Source of the DNA: an uncultured Gammaproteobacteria bacterium
GTDB lineage: Bacteria; Patescibacteriota; Microgenomatia; UBA8517
Length of the DNA: 64,000 bases
Assembly (NCBI GenBank): GCA_964599625.1
Contig: CAZRGC010000001.1
Span: 115,019 to 179,018, forward strand
Direction: 5' to 3'
Positions 47,537-57,036 of the stretch are shown piece by piece. The position numbers and the translations under genes are program-made. A model generated the notes under the pieces. The model worked only from the letters and a program-made list of their open reading frames with translations, did no database searches and was not told where the DNA came from. The number at the start of each line of letters is the position of its first letter. Within the stretch, counting starts at the first letter, position 1.

Positions 47537-48653
47537 TTTTCCTGCCTTAGCCTTTTTTGCCTGGCTGGCAGTTGTTTTTATTGTTTTGTGTGTTGCGGTG
47601 GGCTTATTGGAACCTCAAACCAATTTTTTGGGTGGCGGACTGCAAAATTATTCAAATAATCCCGTTCTGTTTGCTTTCGGAAATTTTGATGGCGAACATT
47701 ATGTGTCTATATCTCAAAACGGATACGGTTATGGCGAAAGAGCATTTTTTCCACTCTATCCTGGAATTTTGAATTTTGCCACAAAAATATTTGGGTTAAA
47801 TACTAGTGGGACGTATTTTGCCGGAATTGCGGTTTCTTTGGTTGCTTTTTACTTTGCCTTGCAGGGTTTATATAAATTAGTAAAATTGGATTATTCAGAA
47901 AAAACTGCCAGGCTTGCTTTGACTTTTCTCTTACTTTTTCCGACCTCTTTTTATTTTGCGGCAGTTTATACGGAAAGTTTATTCTTATTTTTTCTTGTCT
48001 GGTCGGTTTACTTTTTGAGAACCGGAAAGGTTCTCTTGGCTTTGGTTTTTGGCACACTACTGACAGCTACACGTTTTGTTGGCATCCTGATTGTGCCTGT
48101 ATTTTTAGTGGAATTACTTTTAAAAGACGGCAAAGTTTTTGCCAAACATATCCCGGTTTTGGCTGTTCTACCTGCTGGGCTTGTTTCTTATATGATTTAT
48201 CTTAAAAAAACAGTAAACGACTATTTTGCTTTTTACACCAGCCTTTCAACATTTGGGGAACAGCGTTCAGGACACCCCATTGTTCTTCCGCAGGTTTTTT
48301 ACCGTTATGTTTTCAAAATTCTGCCAGGAATGCATACAAATTTTTTCCCGGTGCTTTTTACCACATGGCTTGAGTTTTTGGTGGGGGTTATATATTTTCC
48401 AATATCATTGCTATTATTTGTCAAAACAAGGTTGTCATATGCCATTCTTGTCTTTTTGGGTTACATAATACCCACAATGTCAGGCAGCTTCTCTTCACTG
48501 CCCAGATATGTGCTGGTTCTTTTCCCTGTCTATATAGTCTTTGCAGACTACATGGTAAACAGGAAGAAGATGTCTTTTGCATTTAGTTTGATTTCATTTA
48601 TACTTCTAGTAATTTCTTTTGCCCTGTTTTCGAGGGGATACTGGGTTTCTTAA
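47499..48653 (+). CDS. GT-C PIG-V/mannosyltransferase-2-like membrane glycosyltransferase
   Basis: [47 protein letters not shown]. Confidence 0.82.
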   Translation: MKRKKFTKKYWFNFPALAFFAWLAVVFIVLCVAVGLLEPQTNFLGGGLQNYSNNPVLFAFGNFDGEHYVSISQNGYGYGERAFFPLYPGILNFATKIFGLNTSGTYFAGIAVSLVAFYFALQGLYKLVKLDYSEKTARLALTFLLLFPTSFYFAAVYTESLFLFFLVWSVYFLRTGKVLLALVFGTLLTATRFVGILIVPVFLVELLLKDGKVFAKHIPVLAVLPAGLVSYMIYLKKTVNDYFAFYTSLSTFGEQRSGHPIVLPQVFYRYVFKILPGMHTNFFPVLFTTWLEFLVGVIYFPISLLLFVKTRLSYAILVFLGYIIPTMSGSFSSLPRYVLVLFPVYIVFADYMVNRKKMSFAFSLISFILLVISFALFSRGYWVS

Positions 48654-48654
48654 T

Positions 48655-49587
48655 ATGAATAATCGATTTTGGTCCAAAAAAACTGTTCTTGTTACTGGTG
48701 GCGCTGGATTTTTGGGTACGAAACTAGTCGATAAACTCCAAAAATTAGGAACAAAAAAAATAATAGTTCCAAGATATCCGGAATATGATTTGAGAAAATT
48801 TGATGATTGTTTAAAAATAACCAAGAAAGTAGATTTGGTGATTCATTTGGCAGCCAATGTTGGAGGTATAGGCTACAACAGGGACTTTCCCGGAACTTTG
48901 TTTGACGACAATATACTTATGGGTACTTTTATGATGATGGCTGCCAGGCAGAATAAGGTAAAGAAATATGTCGCGTTGGGTACTATTTGTGCTTATCCAA
49001 AATTTACTCGCGTGCCCTTTAAAGAAACTGATTTGTGGCAAGGTTACCCTGAGGAGACAAACGCACCATACGGTTTAGCCAAAAAAATGCAGCTAGTTCA
49101 GTCAAAGGCCTACAGGGACCAATTTGGTTTTAACTCAATATTTTTATTACCAGTGAACCTTTACGGGCCCGGAGACAACTTTGATCCCAAGTCTTCACAT
49201 GTAATACCAGCCCTCATAAAAAAGTTCGTCGATGCGAACAAAGACAAAAAGCCCCAAGTGGAGGTGTGGGGTAGCGGTAGGGCGTCTAGGGAGTTTTTGT
49301 ACGTGGAAGACGCGGCCGAAGGTATAATTTTGGCCGCTGAAAAATACAACAAAGAAGGGCCTGTAAATATTGGATCTGGTATGGAGATTACTATCAGAGA
49401 CCTTGTCAAAAAAATTAAAAAACTTACCGGTTATAATGGCAAAGTAGTATGGGACAAAACCAAACCGGACGGGCAGCCAAGGCGTATGCTTGATATTTCT
49501 GTTGCCAAAAAAGAATTTGGGTTTCAAGCCAGGACCAATTTTGACGAGGGACTTCAAAAAACAATAGATTGGTACAAAACTCAATGA
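48655..49587 (+). CDS. fcl: GDP-L-fucose synthase family epimerase/reductase
   Basis: [61 protein letters not shown]. Confidence 0.9.
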   Translation: MNNRFWSKKTVLVTGGAGFLGTKLVDKLQKLGTKKIIVPRYPEYDLRKFDDCLKITKKVDLVIHLAANVGGIGYNRDFPGTLFDDNILMGTFMMMAARQNKVKKYVALGTICAYPKFTRVPFKETDLWQGYPEETNAPYGLAKKMQLVQSKAYRDQFGFNSIFLLPVNLYGPGDNFDPKSSHVIPALIKKFVDANKDKKPQVEVWGSGRASREFLYVEDAAEGIILAAEKYNKEGPVNIGSGMEITIRDLVKKIKKLTGYNGKVVWDKTKPDGQPRRMLDISVAKKEFGFQARTNFDEGLQKTIDWYKTQ

Positions 49588-50243
49588 GAATTTGTGTTGT
49601 CATTCCTTTTTATAACGAAAAAACACACATTGCTTCGGTTATAGAAAGTGTTATTAAAAAAGGAAATAAAGTAATTGTCGTTGACGACGGGTCCGGCGAC
49701 GGTGGCATGGGTACAATCCGAAACAGCAGAAATTTGGTTAAGTTAACGCACAAAATAAATTTAGGTAAGGGCGCTGCCATGAAAACAGGGGCTGAATTTG
49801 CTTTTTCCAACGGTTTCGACGCGGTTGTCTTTATGGACGGAGACGGACAACATAATCCCGATGACCTGAGTAAGTTTGTAGATCTGCTTACCTCAGGATA
49901 CGATTTTGTTTTGGGGTCCAGAAATCTGAGCTTCGGGGTACCTTTTGTGAGATTTGCAGGGAATAAGTTTGCGTCGGCTGTTATATCTATACTTTTCGGA
50001 ATTTATGTATCAGACAGCATATGCGGGTTCAGAGGTATGACCAAAAAAGCTTACTCAAAAATCAAATGGCAGTCCCGGGGCTATGGAGTGGAGGTGGAAA
50101 TGGTAATACGCGCAGGAAAAAGCGGCCTCAAATATACCGAAGTGCCTGTGGAAACGAAATATATAAATGCTGTTAAGGGTGTCACGGCCCTTGATGCCAT
50201 GGGTGTCTTTTGGGAAATACTTATGTGGAGAATTAGGCTTTAG
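49584..50243 (+). CDS. GT2 glycosyltransferase (DPM/DPG-synthase-like)
   Basis: [28 protein letters not shown]. Confidence 0.87.
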   Translation: MRICVVIPFYNEKTHIASVIESVIKKGNKVIVVDDGSGDGGMGTIRNSRNLVKLTHKINLGKGAAMKTGAEFAFSNGFDAVVFMDGDGQHNPDDLSKFVDLLTSGYDFVLGSRNLSFGVPFVRFAGNKFASAVISILFGIYVSDSICGFRGMTKKAYSKIKWQSRGYGVEVEMVIRAGKSGLKYTEVPVETKYINAVKGVTALDAMGVFWEILMWRIRL

Positions 50244-50278
50244 ACAGTTTGGCAGTGCATTCGTGGCTTCTGAGCTGT
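50244..50278 (+). other. putative RNA hairpin with UUCG loop in intergenic region
   Basis: acagtttggcagtgca-TTCG-tggcttctgagctgt; 14 pairs (4 G-U), one mismatch, one bulge; no U-tract. Confidence 0.35.
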
Positions 50279-50297
50279 AAAATAAGAATTACAATAT

Positions 50298-50624
50298 ATG
50301 ATAATTGGGATTCAAATAATTGGAATACTTTTTAGCTTTTCAATGGTCTACTTTGCTGTACTTCACTACAAACGAGCAGAGATCAACAAGAGTGAAATAA
50401 TATCTTGGTTGGCAATATGGACTTTCGCTTTGGTTATCATTACTTTTCCTGAGTTTTTGAGATCTTTTTCCAACGCATTTTTGGTTACAAGGGTTTTTGA
50501 TTTGATGGTGATTGGTGGTTTTGTTTTAACAATATCCCTTGTGGGGAGTGCCTATATCAGGACGAAAAGAGTTGAAAAGAAAATTGAGGATATGATTCGA
50601 AAGGATGCACTTAGAAAAAAGTAG
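50298..50624 (+). CDS. DUF2304 family small membrane protein
   Basis: 3 TM helices, W..IW...FP, R.FD, C-terminal amphipathic KIEDMIRKDAL; typical neighbour of DPM-like GT2. Confidence 0.75.
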   Translation: MIIGIQIIGILFSFSMVYFAVLHYKRAEINKSEIISWLAIWTFALVIITFPEFLRSFSNAFLVTRVFDLMVIGGFVLTISLVGSAYIRTKRVEKKIEDMIRKDALRKK

Positions 50625-50635
50625 GCGCTTCACAA

Positions 50636-51406
50636 ATGGCAAATCCCAAAATATCAATTGTTGTACCATCATTCAATAAAGGAAAGTATATAGAAGAAAC
50701 ACTCAAATCCATATTCTCACAATCGTACGACAACTTTGAAGTGGTTGTTATGGATGGTGGGTCCGAAGATGAAACGCTGCAGATCGTAAAAAAATATGTA
50801 AATAAATTTCCCGAAAAAATATACTTTGAATCAAAGAAGGACGACGGGCAACTTTCGGCAATAAATAGTGGAATTAAAAAGACCTCGGGCGACATCGTTA
50901 CATTTATAAATGCGGATGATTTGTACCTGCCTGACGCCTTTCAAAAGGTTGCACATGCGTTTAGTCAAGATTATAACTGGTATGCTGGTGGTGGAGTTGT
51001 TTTCGCAGAAAAGCATAGCCTAATACTTGATTTAACAACATTGGTCAAAAACATTCTTCTTGGCCTCAACAACTTCAATATGCTACTCGTGGTTAATTAT
51101 TTGATGCAACCATCTGTTTTTATTTCAAAAAAGGCAGTCAATAAATTTGGGATGTTTTCTGGCAACAGAAGTTTTGTTATGGAATACGATATGTGGTTAA
51201 GACTCGGTCGTGAATCAATGCCTTTTTTGATTAAGGATAACCTTTCAGCATTTCGTATTTCCCCGGGTTCAATAACTTCCAATATGCCGCAAAAATTATT
51301 GGAGGAAGATGAAAAGATTGTAACACGGTTTACTAATAATCAATTTATTGTGTTGATACATAAAGTTGTAAATAGTTTTAGAAAACTTATTATTCAGATA
51401 ATCTGA
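50636..51406 (+). CDS. GT2 glycosyltransferase (WfgS-like)
   Basis: PSFN, MDGGSEDET, DDGQLSAINSG, INADD, QPSVF. Confidence 0.87.
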   Translation: MANPKISIVVPSFNKGKYIEETLKSIFSQSYDNFEVVVMDGGSEDETLQIVKKYVNKFPEKIYFESKKDDGQLSAINSGIKKTSGDIVTFINADDLYLPDAFQKVAHAFSQDYNWYAGGGVVFAEKHSLILDLTTLVKNILLGLNNFNMLLVVNYLMQPSVFISKKAVNKFGMFSGNRSFVMEYDMWLRLGRESMPFLIKDNLSAFRISPGSITSNMPQKLLEEDEKIVTRFTNNQFIVLIHKVVNSFRKLIIQII

Positions 51407-51421
51407 TCTAGCTACTACCAT

Positions 51422-52867
51422 ATGAAACTGTTTGTTCAAAAAAACAAGCCACTTCTATTAATTTTTATTGTTTCTTTTCTTATTTACTCACCATCACTTT
51501 TTGGGTTTTATACAAACGACGATTTTTATCATTTAAAAATCTCACATGCTACAAATATTTTTGAATTTTTAGACTTTTTTAATTTACTTAAAAGTTCAGG
51601 TGGACAGCTTTTGTACAGACCGCTGACGACACATGTGTTCTATTTCTTGGGCTGGTCTTTGTTTAACCTGAATCCGTTTGGATTGCATCTGGTTTCGTTT
51701 GCACTTTTTTTCATAACAATTTTTTTTGTAGAAAAACTTGCCTTTGAGATTAAATCCAATAAAACGATATCACTTTTAACAGCTTTTTTGTATGCAACAT
51801 CTGCCAGTCATTTCGGGCATTTGTATTACCTTGCCACAGAAATCGTGCTTGCTGCTGTTTTTTTTCCGGGGGTTTTTTATTTTACAAAATTTATAAGAAC
51901 TGGAAATAAAAGTTTTTTGGTTTGGTCAATACTTTTTTACTTTTTATCAATTTTGGCAAAAGAAAACGCCTTGGTAATGCCTGGAATATTTATACTTCAC
52001 TATTTTTTTCTAAAAGCCGTAAAAGTAAGACTTGCTACATTTGCAGTTATAATTTTTAACTTAGGAGTTTTTAGCCTAATCTACTTATATCTGCACTTTT
52101 TTAAATACGGAGTTGTTAGCGGTGAAGGTTATACATTTGACTTCTCACTCACTCGGACAATGAATACAATCGCATGGTACCTTTTTTGGTCGTTTAACAC
52201 TCCCGAAATGTTTTTGGACTTTGTTGGTCCTGGGTTGAGAGTAAATCCAAATTTGCTTTTATATTGGGGATATTATACAAAAGCAATCGTTACGGTATTT
52301 GGCGTGCTTATATTAATCGTTGGCTTGCAGGCTTTTCAACATTTCAAAAAAAAGTTGGATATTCGATATTTGATTATTGGTTTAGGTTGGTTTTTTATAA
52401 CACTTTTACCTATCGTTTTTCTTCCCGATCACAAATTCACCTTTTACCTCACACTGCCGCTTTTTGGTATTGTTTTTATTCTTGCGGAAATATTCACACA
52501 CGCAAAATTAGGACTTTTGATTACGATCATGCTCCTGTGGATTGTTGGTTCGTGTGCAACGTTAAGTCTTACATATAAAACAAATTGGATTACCCAGGGT
52601 CAAAAAATAGCCCAAAGAGTTGACAGGTATTTAAGCTTGCACTCTTCCGAAATGACAAATAAAAAGATAGCATTTGTGGACACTCCCGAAGACGAAAATC
52701 TACCTTGGTCTCCCACACAGGTAGTCAAGGTAACATTGTCTGATAAAAACTATTTTGAAGTCTTCCACCCGGGATTGACGGCAAATGTTTACTATGTTGG
52801 CGCTGGAAATTTACACGAAGAACAGGGTTTGTATAAAATTAGCTCCCGAATGTTTTTAGGTTATTAA
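51422..52867 (+). CDS. GT-C-like membrane glycosyltransferase
   Basis: TNDDF, YRPL, P.G.H, LAKE motifs (TMTC/PMT-like N-terminus); ~11 TM helices. Confidence 0.72.
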   Translation: MKLFVQKNKPLLLIFIVSFLIYSPSLFGFYTNDDFYHLKISHATNIFEFLDFFNLLKSSGGQLLYRPLTTHVFYFLGWSLFNLNPFGLHLVSFALFFITIFFVEKLAFEIKSNKTISLLTAFLYATSASHFGHLYYLATEIVLAAVFFPGVFYFTKFIRTGNKSFLVWSILFYFLSILAKENALVMPGIFILHYFFLKAVKVRLATFAVIIFNLGVFSLIYLYLHFFKYGVVSGEGYTFDFSLTRTMNTIAWYLFWSFNTPEMFLDFVGPGLRVNPNLLLYWGYYTKAIVTVFGVLILIVGLQAFQHFKKKLDIRYLIIGLGWFFITLLPIVFLPDHKFTFYLTLPLFGIVFILAEIFTHAKLGLLITIMLLWIVGSCATLSLTYKTNWITQGQKIAQRVDRYLSLHSSEMTNKKIAFVDTPEDENLPWSPTQVVKVTLSDKNYFEVFHPGLTANVYYVGAGNLHEEQGLYKISSRMFLGY

Positions 52868-52869
52868 TT

Positions 52870-53523
52870 ATGTCACATGTCAAGAAACATTTTGACTCAA
52901 TTTCCAAAGTTTACGATAATTACAAAAAGAAAAATAGTTATTACTACGACAACCTCAAAAACCTTTTAAAAAGTCTTATACCTAAAGAAGCAAAAGTTTT
53001 GGAAATCGGATGTGGGACAGGAGACATTTTGACGTCGCTCTTGCCCAAAAAAGGTTATGGAATGGATATAAGCTCCAAAATGATCGCAATAGCAAAGCAT
53101 AAGCATAAAAAATCAAAAAACCTTCGTTTTTCGACTGAATATCCCCGGGAAAAATATGACTATATATTCATGACCGATGTAATAGAGCATTTGGAAAATC
53201 CGGAGACGGTATTTAAAAAGATATCAACTCTAATGCATAGCAAGTCAATTTTTGTCAACACAATGGCAAATCCGATTTGGGAACCACTTTTAATGTTTTG
53301 GGAAAAGATGGGGTGGAAAATGCCGGAAGGTCCACACAAACGCCTGACATATGACCAAATAATTCCACTGCTTAACAACGCAGGTATGACAGTTACAAAA
53401 CATGGTTTCTTTTTGCTGCTTCCTGTTTACATCCCAAAGATATCGAAAGTTGTTAATTCTTACTTACTCAGATTTTTCGAAAGGTTTGCGTTTATAGAAT
53501 ATTTAGTGGCAGCTAAGACTTAA
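52870..53523 (+). CDS. class I SAM methyltransferase
   Basis: VLEIGCGTG, GMDIS, YDYI, DVIEH. Confidence 0.88.
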   Translation: MSHVKKHFDSISKVYDNYKKKNSYYYDNLKNLLKSLIPKEAKVLEIGCGTGDILTSLLPKKGYGMDISSKMIAIAKHKHKKSKNLRFSTEYPREKYDYIFMTDVIEHLENPETVFKKISTLMHSKSIFVNTMANPIWEPLLMFWEKMGWKMPEGPHKRLTYDQIIPLLNNAGMTVTKHGFFLLLPVYIPKISKVVNSYLLRFFERFAFIEYLVAAKT

Positions 53524-54637
53524 ACTCAAAGTAGGCCCTAACTAGCATTTTTGCTAACAAAAGACCATGATAAAAACGATTTATGTTGGTTGAACCATAT
53601 ATGCGCTCTTTGTAGTGAACGGGAATTTCTACTATTTTCTTTTTTTGCTTAATAGCCATAAAAATTAATGCGAAGTCTCCAAATGGGTCGGAGGCAAGAT
53701 AATTTACGATATCCTTCTTGTATTTAATGAAATCCTTTCTGAAAATGGCTTTTGTTCCACACAAAGTGTCCTTAAATCTGGTTTTTAATATTTTGCTAAA
53801 CGCAAACCCAAAAAAAATATTTGCAATTTTGTTAAGTGTTCGCATTGCGTCTTTTTTCATTGGGTATATCAATCTGCAACCATTAGCAAATTCAGCACTC
53901 CCTGATGCTAAGACTTTATAAAACTTAGGAAGATCTGTGGAGTCCACAGTCCTGTCGGCGTCGTAAATCATCAAAATGTCACCCTTTGCTTTTTCGAAAC
54001 CAAGCAAAACCGCATCTGCTTTACCTGATCCGGATTGTTTGAAGGCTTTTACATTTTTATGTTTTTTTGTTTCTGCTATTATTTTGTTCCAGGTTTTGTC
54101 CTTAGACCCGCCTTCTATGAAAATTATTTCCTGTGATTTTCCAAATTTTGGAATACCGTTAACTATTTTCGGAATGTTCCCTTGTTCGTTTCTTGCCGGA
54201 ATTACTATTGACACACTGATCTTGTTTAAAGAACGCTGGTTAACAGGCTTCGCAACTACAAAAATATATAAGCCTAATAGTCTGCTTTTTGTTTCTACAA
54301 CTTCGAAGCCGGAAAGTCTTAGGAAGTTTTCCAGATCGCTTATGTCTATCCAATTTTTCAATGTATTTTTTTTACTTCCGGTTACCAGAAAATGCTGCTT
54401 AAGGTCGATCAACCATTCCCAGAACGGACTTCTGTAATAAATACTGACCCTATCCTTTTTTGATAAATTAAGTCTGAGCTTTTCAAAAAAAAGCTGCACG
54501 TCTGTTGAATTGTAAAGAACAGTCTCTGTAATAGTTGTGGTGCCATAAGTGTGAGCAATACTTAATCCGTTGTGGTATGCTTCACTTGATTTGTTTCTGG
54601 ATGGCTTGGTTGGTGTTTTGGTTTTAATCTTGATCAT
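53513..54637 (-). CDS. GT2 glycosyltransferase with vestigial N-terminal methyltransferase-like segment
   Basis: VIPARNE.GNI, GKADAV, YDAD, DTLCGTK, DPFGDF; N-terminal DVQ.FF, FWEWL, NWI..SDLENFL.LSGFEVV with no GxGxG. Confidence 0.82.
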   Translation of the reverse strand: MIKIKTKTPTKPSRNKSSEAYHNGLSIAHTYGTTTITETVLYNSTDVQLFFEKLRLNLSKKDRVSIYYRSPFWEWLIDLKQHFLVTGSKKNTLKNWIDISDLENFLRLSGFEVVETKSRLLGLYIFVVAKPVNQRSLNKISVSIVIPARNEQGNIPKIVNGIPKFGKSQEIIFIEGGSKDKTWNKIIAETKKHKNVKAFKQSGSGKADAVLLGFEKAKGDILMIYDADRTVDSTDLPKFYKVLASGSAEFANGCRLIYPMKKDAMRTLNKIANIFFGFAFSKILKTRFKDTLCGTKAIFRKDFIKYKKDIVNYLASDPFGDFALIFMAIKQKKKIVEIPVHYKERIYGSTNINRFYHGLLLAKMLVRAYFEFKS

Positions 54638-54659
54638 AATAAACTATTAATTCCAAGCA

Positions 54660-54667
54660 ATTATAAT
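54660..54667. promoter_or_regulatory. palindromic ATTATAAT (TATAAT on both strands) between divergent genes
   Basis: Lies in the 57-bp divergent gap 54638-54694. Confidence 0.45.
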
Positions 54668-54694
54668 CGAATCGTTAACTAAAACAACGAATTT

Positions 54695-55720
54695 ATGGAA
54701 AAGATACTTAGATTAAATTATTACTTGTTTCCGTTTGTCACAATAATGAGTCTGTCATTTTTGTTTGTAGAATCTGTAACTTATTCCGGATTCTTGTCCC
54801 AGTATCTTATTCTTAATGCAAAAGCCTTTATGTTTTTAGACCTTTTATCCGGTATCTTATTGGTGTTTCCGGGTAATAAACTTAAATACAAAAAAGAAGG
54901 ACAAATCAACTCCTTGTGTAAGTTTCTTTTTCAGTTGAATTATTTAATAACGCCTGTGCTTTGTGTTTTTTATTATCTGATGATATCTGCTGAAGCAACA
55001 AACTATTCAAACTATGTTTTTTCTACTTTCCACGTAATACCTGATAATTTTATTTACTTCGCATTTTTAAGCGTGTGTGTATCAATTTTTGGAATATTTT
55101 TTGAAGGAAATTTTCTTGGACTGACGTTAAGTGTTTTACCAATGTCGAAAGGGAGAGGTGGAAAATTAGAAGCCGTTAGGGAATTTTCTGCTTTGTTGAT
55201 ATTTTTGTCGGTATTTCTTCTGACTGCTTGGAATGGAATCGGAACAATGAAAATTGTAATTAAGAATAACATTTTCATTTTTAGAAACCTTGGTTACACA
55301 TACGACCAGAAAATGCTAACTAGTTGGAATGACTTGTATAGATATCTTCAGCTAGTAAAAAGAGTGACCCCTGAAAATTCAGTTATAAAAATACCACCAT
55401 CCGTTAGGCCGTGGCTTTCTGAAGGCAACAGTGTTTTGGTCAGGTATTTTCTTTACCCAAGAAAACTCATCTCTCCCGACGAGCCTGAGTCTCAAAAATT
55501 AGACCCGGACTACTTTTTTGTAGCCAAAGGTCTGTGGAAGGTTTCCGACCCTTCCGAGTATGGGTGGCCAAGGGAGGACGTTGATGCAGAAAGAATTTAC
55601 TACTTCGATCTTGAGTCCGGGAAGATTTCGGAAGAAAACAAAAAATTTTTTGCTTCTGATCCTAAAAATAAAAACTCTTGGGGTCTTATTAAAGTATCTA
55701 AACATGGCAACTATCTTTGA
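54695..55720 (+). CDS. hypothetical membrane protein (about 5 TM plus C-terminal soluble domain)
   Basis: Hydrophobic N-terminal half; C-terminal VKRVTPENSVI...RYFLYPR. Confidence 0.7.
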   Translation: MEKILRLNYYLFPFVTIMSLSFLFVESVTYSGFLSQYLILNAKAFMFLDLLSGILLVFPGNKLKYKKEGQINSLCKFLFQLNYLITPVLCVFYYLMISAEATNYSNYVFSTFHVIPDNFIYFAFLSVCVSIFGIFFEGNFLGLTLSVLPMSKGRGGKLEAVREFSALLIFLSVFLLTAWNGIGTMKIVIKNNIFIFRNLGYTYDQKMLTSWNDLYRYLQLVKRVTPENSVIKIPPSVRPWLSEGNSVLVRYFLYPRKLISPDEPESQKLDPDYFFVAKGLWKVSDPSEYGWPREDVDAERIYYFDLESGKISEENKKFFASDPKNKNSWGLIKVSKHGNYL

Positions 55721-57032
55721 ACTCATTATTTTTTTGTCGGCAGTTACGCTTTTTGGTGTTCTACTTGTTAGATCTATCGGACCCAAGCAATCGCCCCTTG
55801 AAGCTATAAGTTACGGTTTTTTGATAGGAATATGTAGTTTCACATTGATAATGTTTGCATTTAATACATTTGGTTACTCATACACACATATTCACGTATG
55901 GATTTTGTTGACGGCTGTGATTTTTGCAACCTACATGTTGTGTCTGTTGTTGAAGAGACCTTTGGTGTTTACCAAGGTTAATTTAAAAGAACAAAAGCAC
56001 ACACCAATTGAGAGGTTAATATTCGTAGCGATAGTTATCCTGTTCATGTCATCATTGGCATACAATATTTACTGGCCCATTGCAGATTGGGATGCCCTTA
56101 CCTTGTACGATTTTAGGGCGAGGGTGTTTGCGCAGACTGGTTTTATGGAAGAGGTGTTATCCTTGCACAGGTACTATTTGGGATATCCTTTATTTACTTC
56201 TTTGGCACATACAGTAATTTACCTAATAGGTTTTTCAAACCCGCATTTTTTGTACAGTTTATTTTATGGAACTTTTTTGGTAATTTTTTATTACTCACTC
56301 CGTAAAGTTACCAGCAGGACTATCTCACTTTTTTTCACCTTTGTTTTGGCTGTTTCCACAACAATCTATTCTCACTCAACTCTTGCATACACCAACCTTC
56401 CGTACACGATATATTATTCTTTGGGGTTAATAAACGTTTATTTATGGCTTAAGACGAAAGATGTCGGTTGTTTGGCAGTATCCGCCCTTTTAATTGGTTT
56501 GAGCAGCTGGGTTAGAAGTTCCGAACCTTTTTGGATAGCTCCGGTTATGTTGATTTTGTATAGTTCGTTTGTGACTAAAAAATGGAAAGAGTGGTTTTTT
56601 TACATAACAACTGTCATACTTTTTAAATTTCCGTGGAATGCATATTTATCAAGTAAATTCCCGACAGAACTATCTGGCAGCTGGGTGCTTCAACAGGCTA
56701 TAAATCTTGATTTAATTGTATTTAGATTCATTGAGGTCCTGGTATATTTTTACAAAAATGTTTTAGTAAAAGATGTATTGATATATTTGATTTTGTTTTT
56801 GAGTCTATTTTTAATAAAAGGACAAAACAAACCCACAAAGTTCTTTGCATTTACAATAATTTTTAATTTGTTAACGGTGTTTGGTGGAATTTACATATAC
56901 AGTTTTGTTTACACCAAGTGGGTAGTTGTGGGTGATTCGGTGTCAAGAATGTCTATGATTTTTGCTCCACTGGTAATCTATCTTTCTGCACTCGTAGCAC
57001 AAAAAACAATTCTGCCACAGTTTGACAAGTAA
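55704..57032 (+). CDS. GT-C-like membrane glycosyltransferase without C-terminal soluble domain
   Basis: WPIADWDALTLYDFRAR, YPL, ~13 TM helices; start reassigned to ATG 55704. Confidence 0.7.
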   Translation: MATIFELIIFLSAVTLFGVLLVRSIGPKQSPLEAISYGFLIGICSFTLIMFAFNTFGYSYTHIHVWILLTAVIFATYMLCLLLKRPLVFTKVNLKEQKHTPIERLIFVAIVILFMSSLAYNIYWPIADWDALTLYDFRARVFAQTGFMEEVLSLHRYYLGYPLFTSLAHTVIYLIGFSNPHFLYSLFYGTFLVIFYYSLRKVTSRTISLFFTFVLAVSTTIYSHSTLAYTNLPYTIYYSLGLINVYLWLKTKDVGCLAVSALLIGLSSWVRSSEPFWIAPVMLILYSSFVTKKWKEWFFYITTVILFKFPWNAYLSSKFPTELSGSWVLQQAINLDLIVFRFIEVLVYFYKNVLVKDVLIYLILFLSLFLIKGQNKPTKFFAFTIIFNLLTVFGGIYIYSFVYTKWVVVGDSVSRMSMIFAPLVIYLSALVAQKTILPQFDK

Positions 57033-57036
57033 TAAT

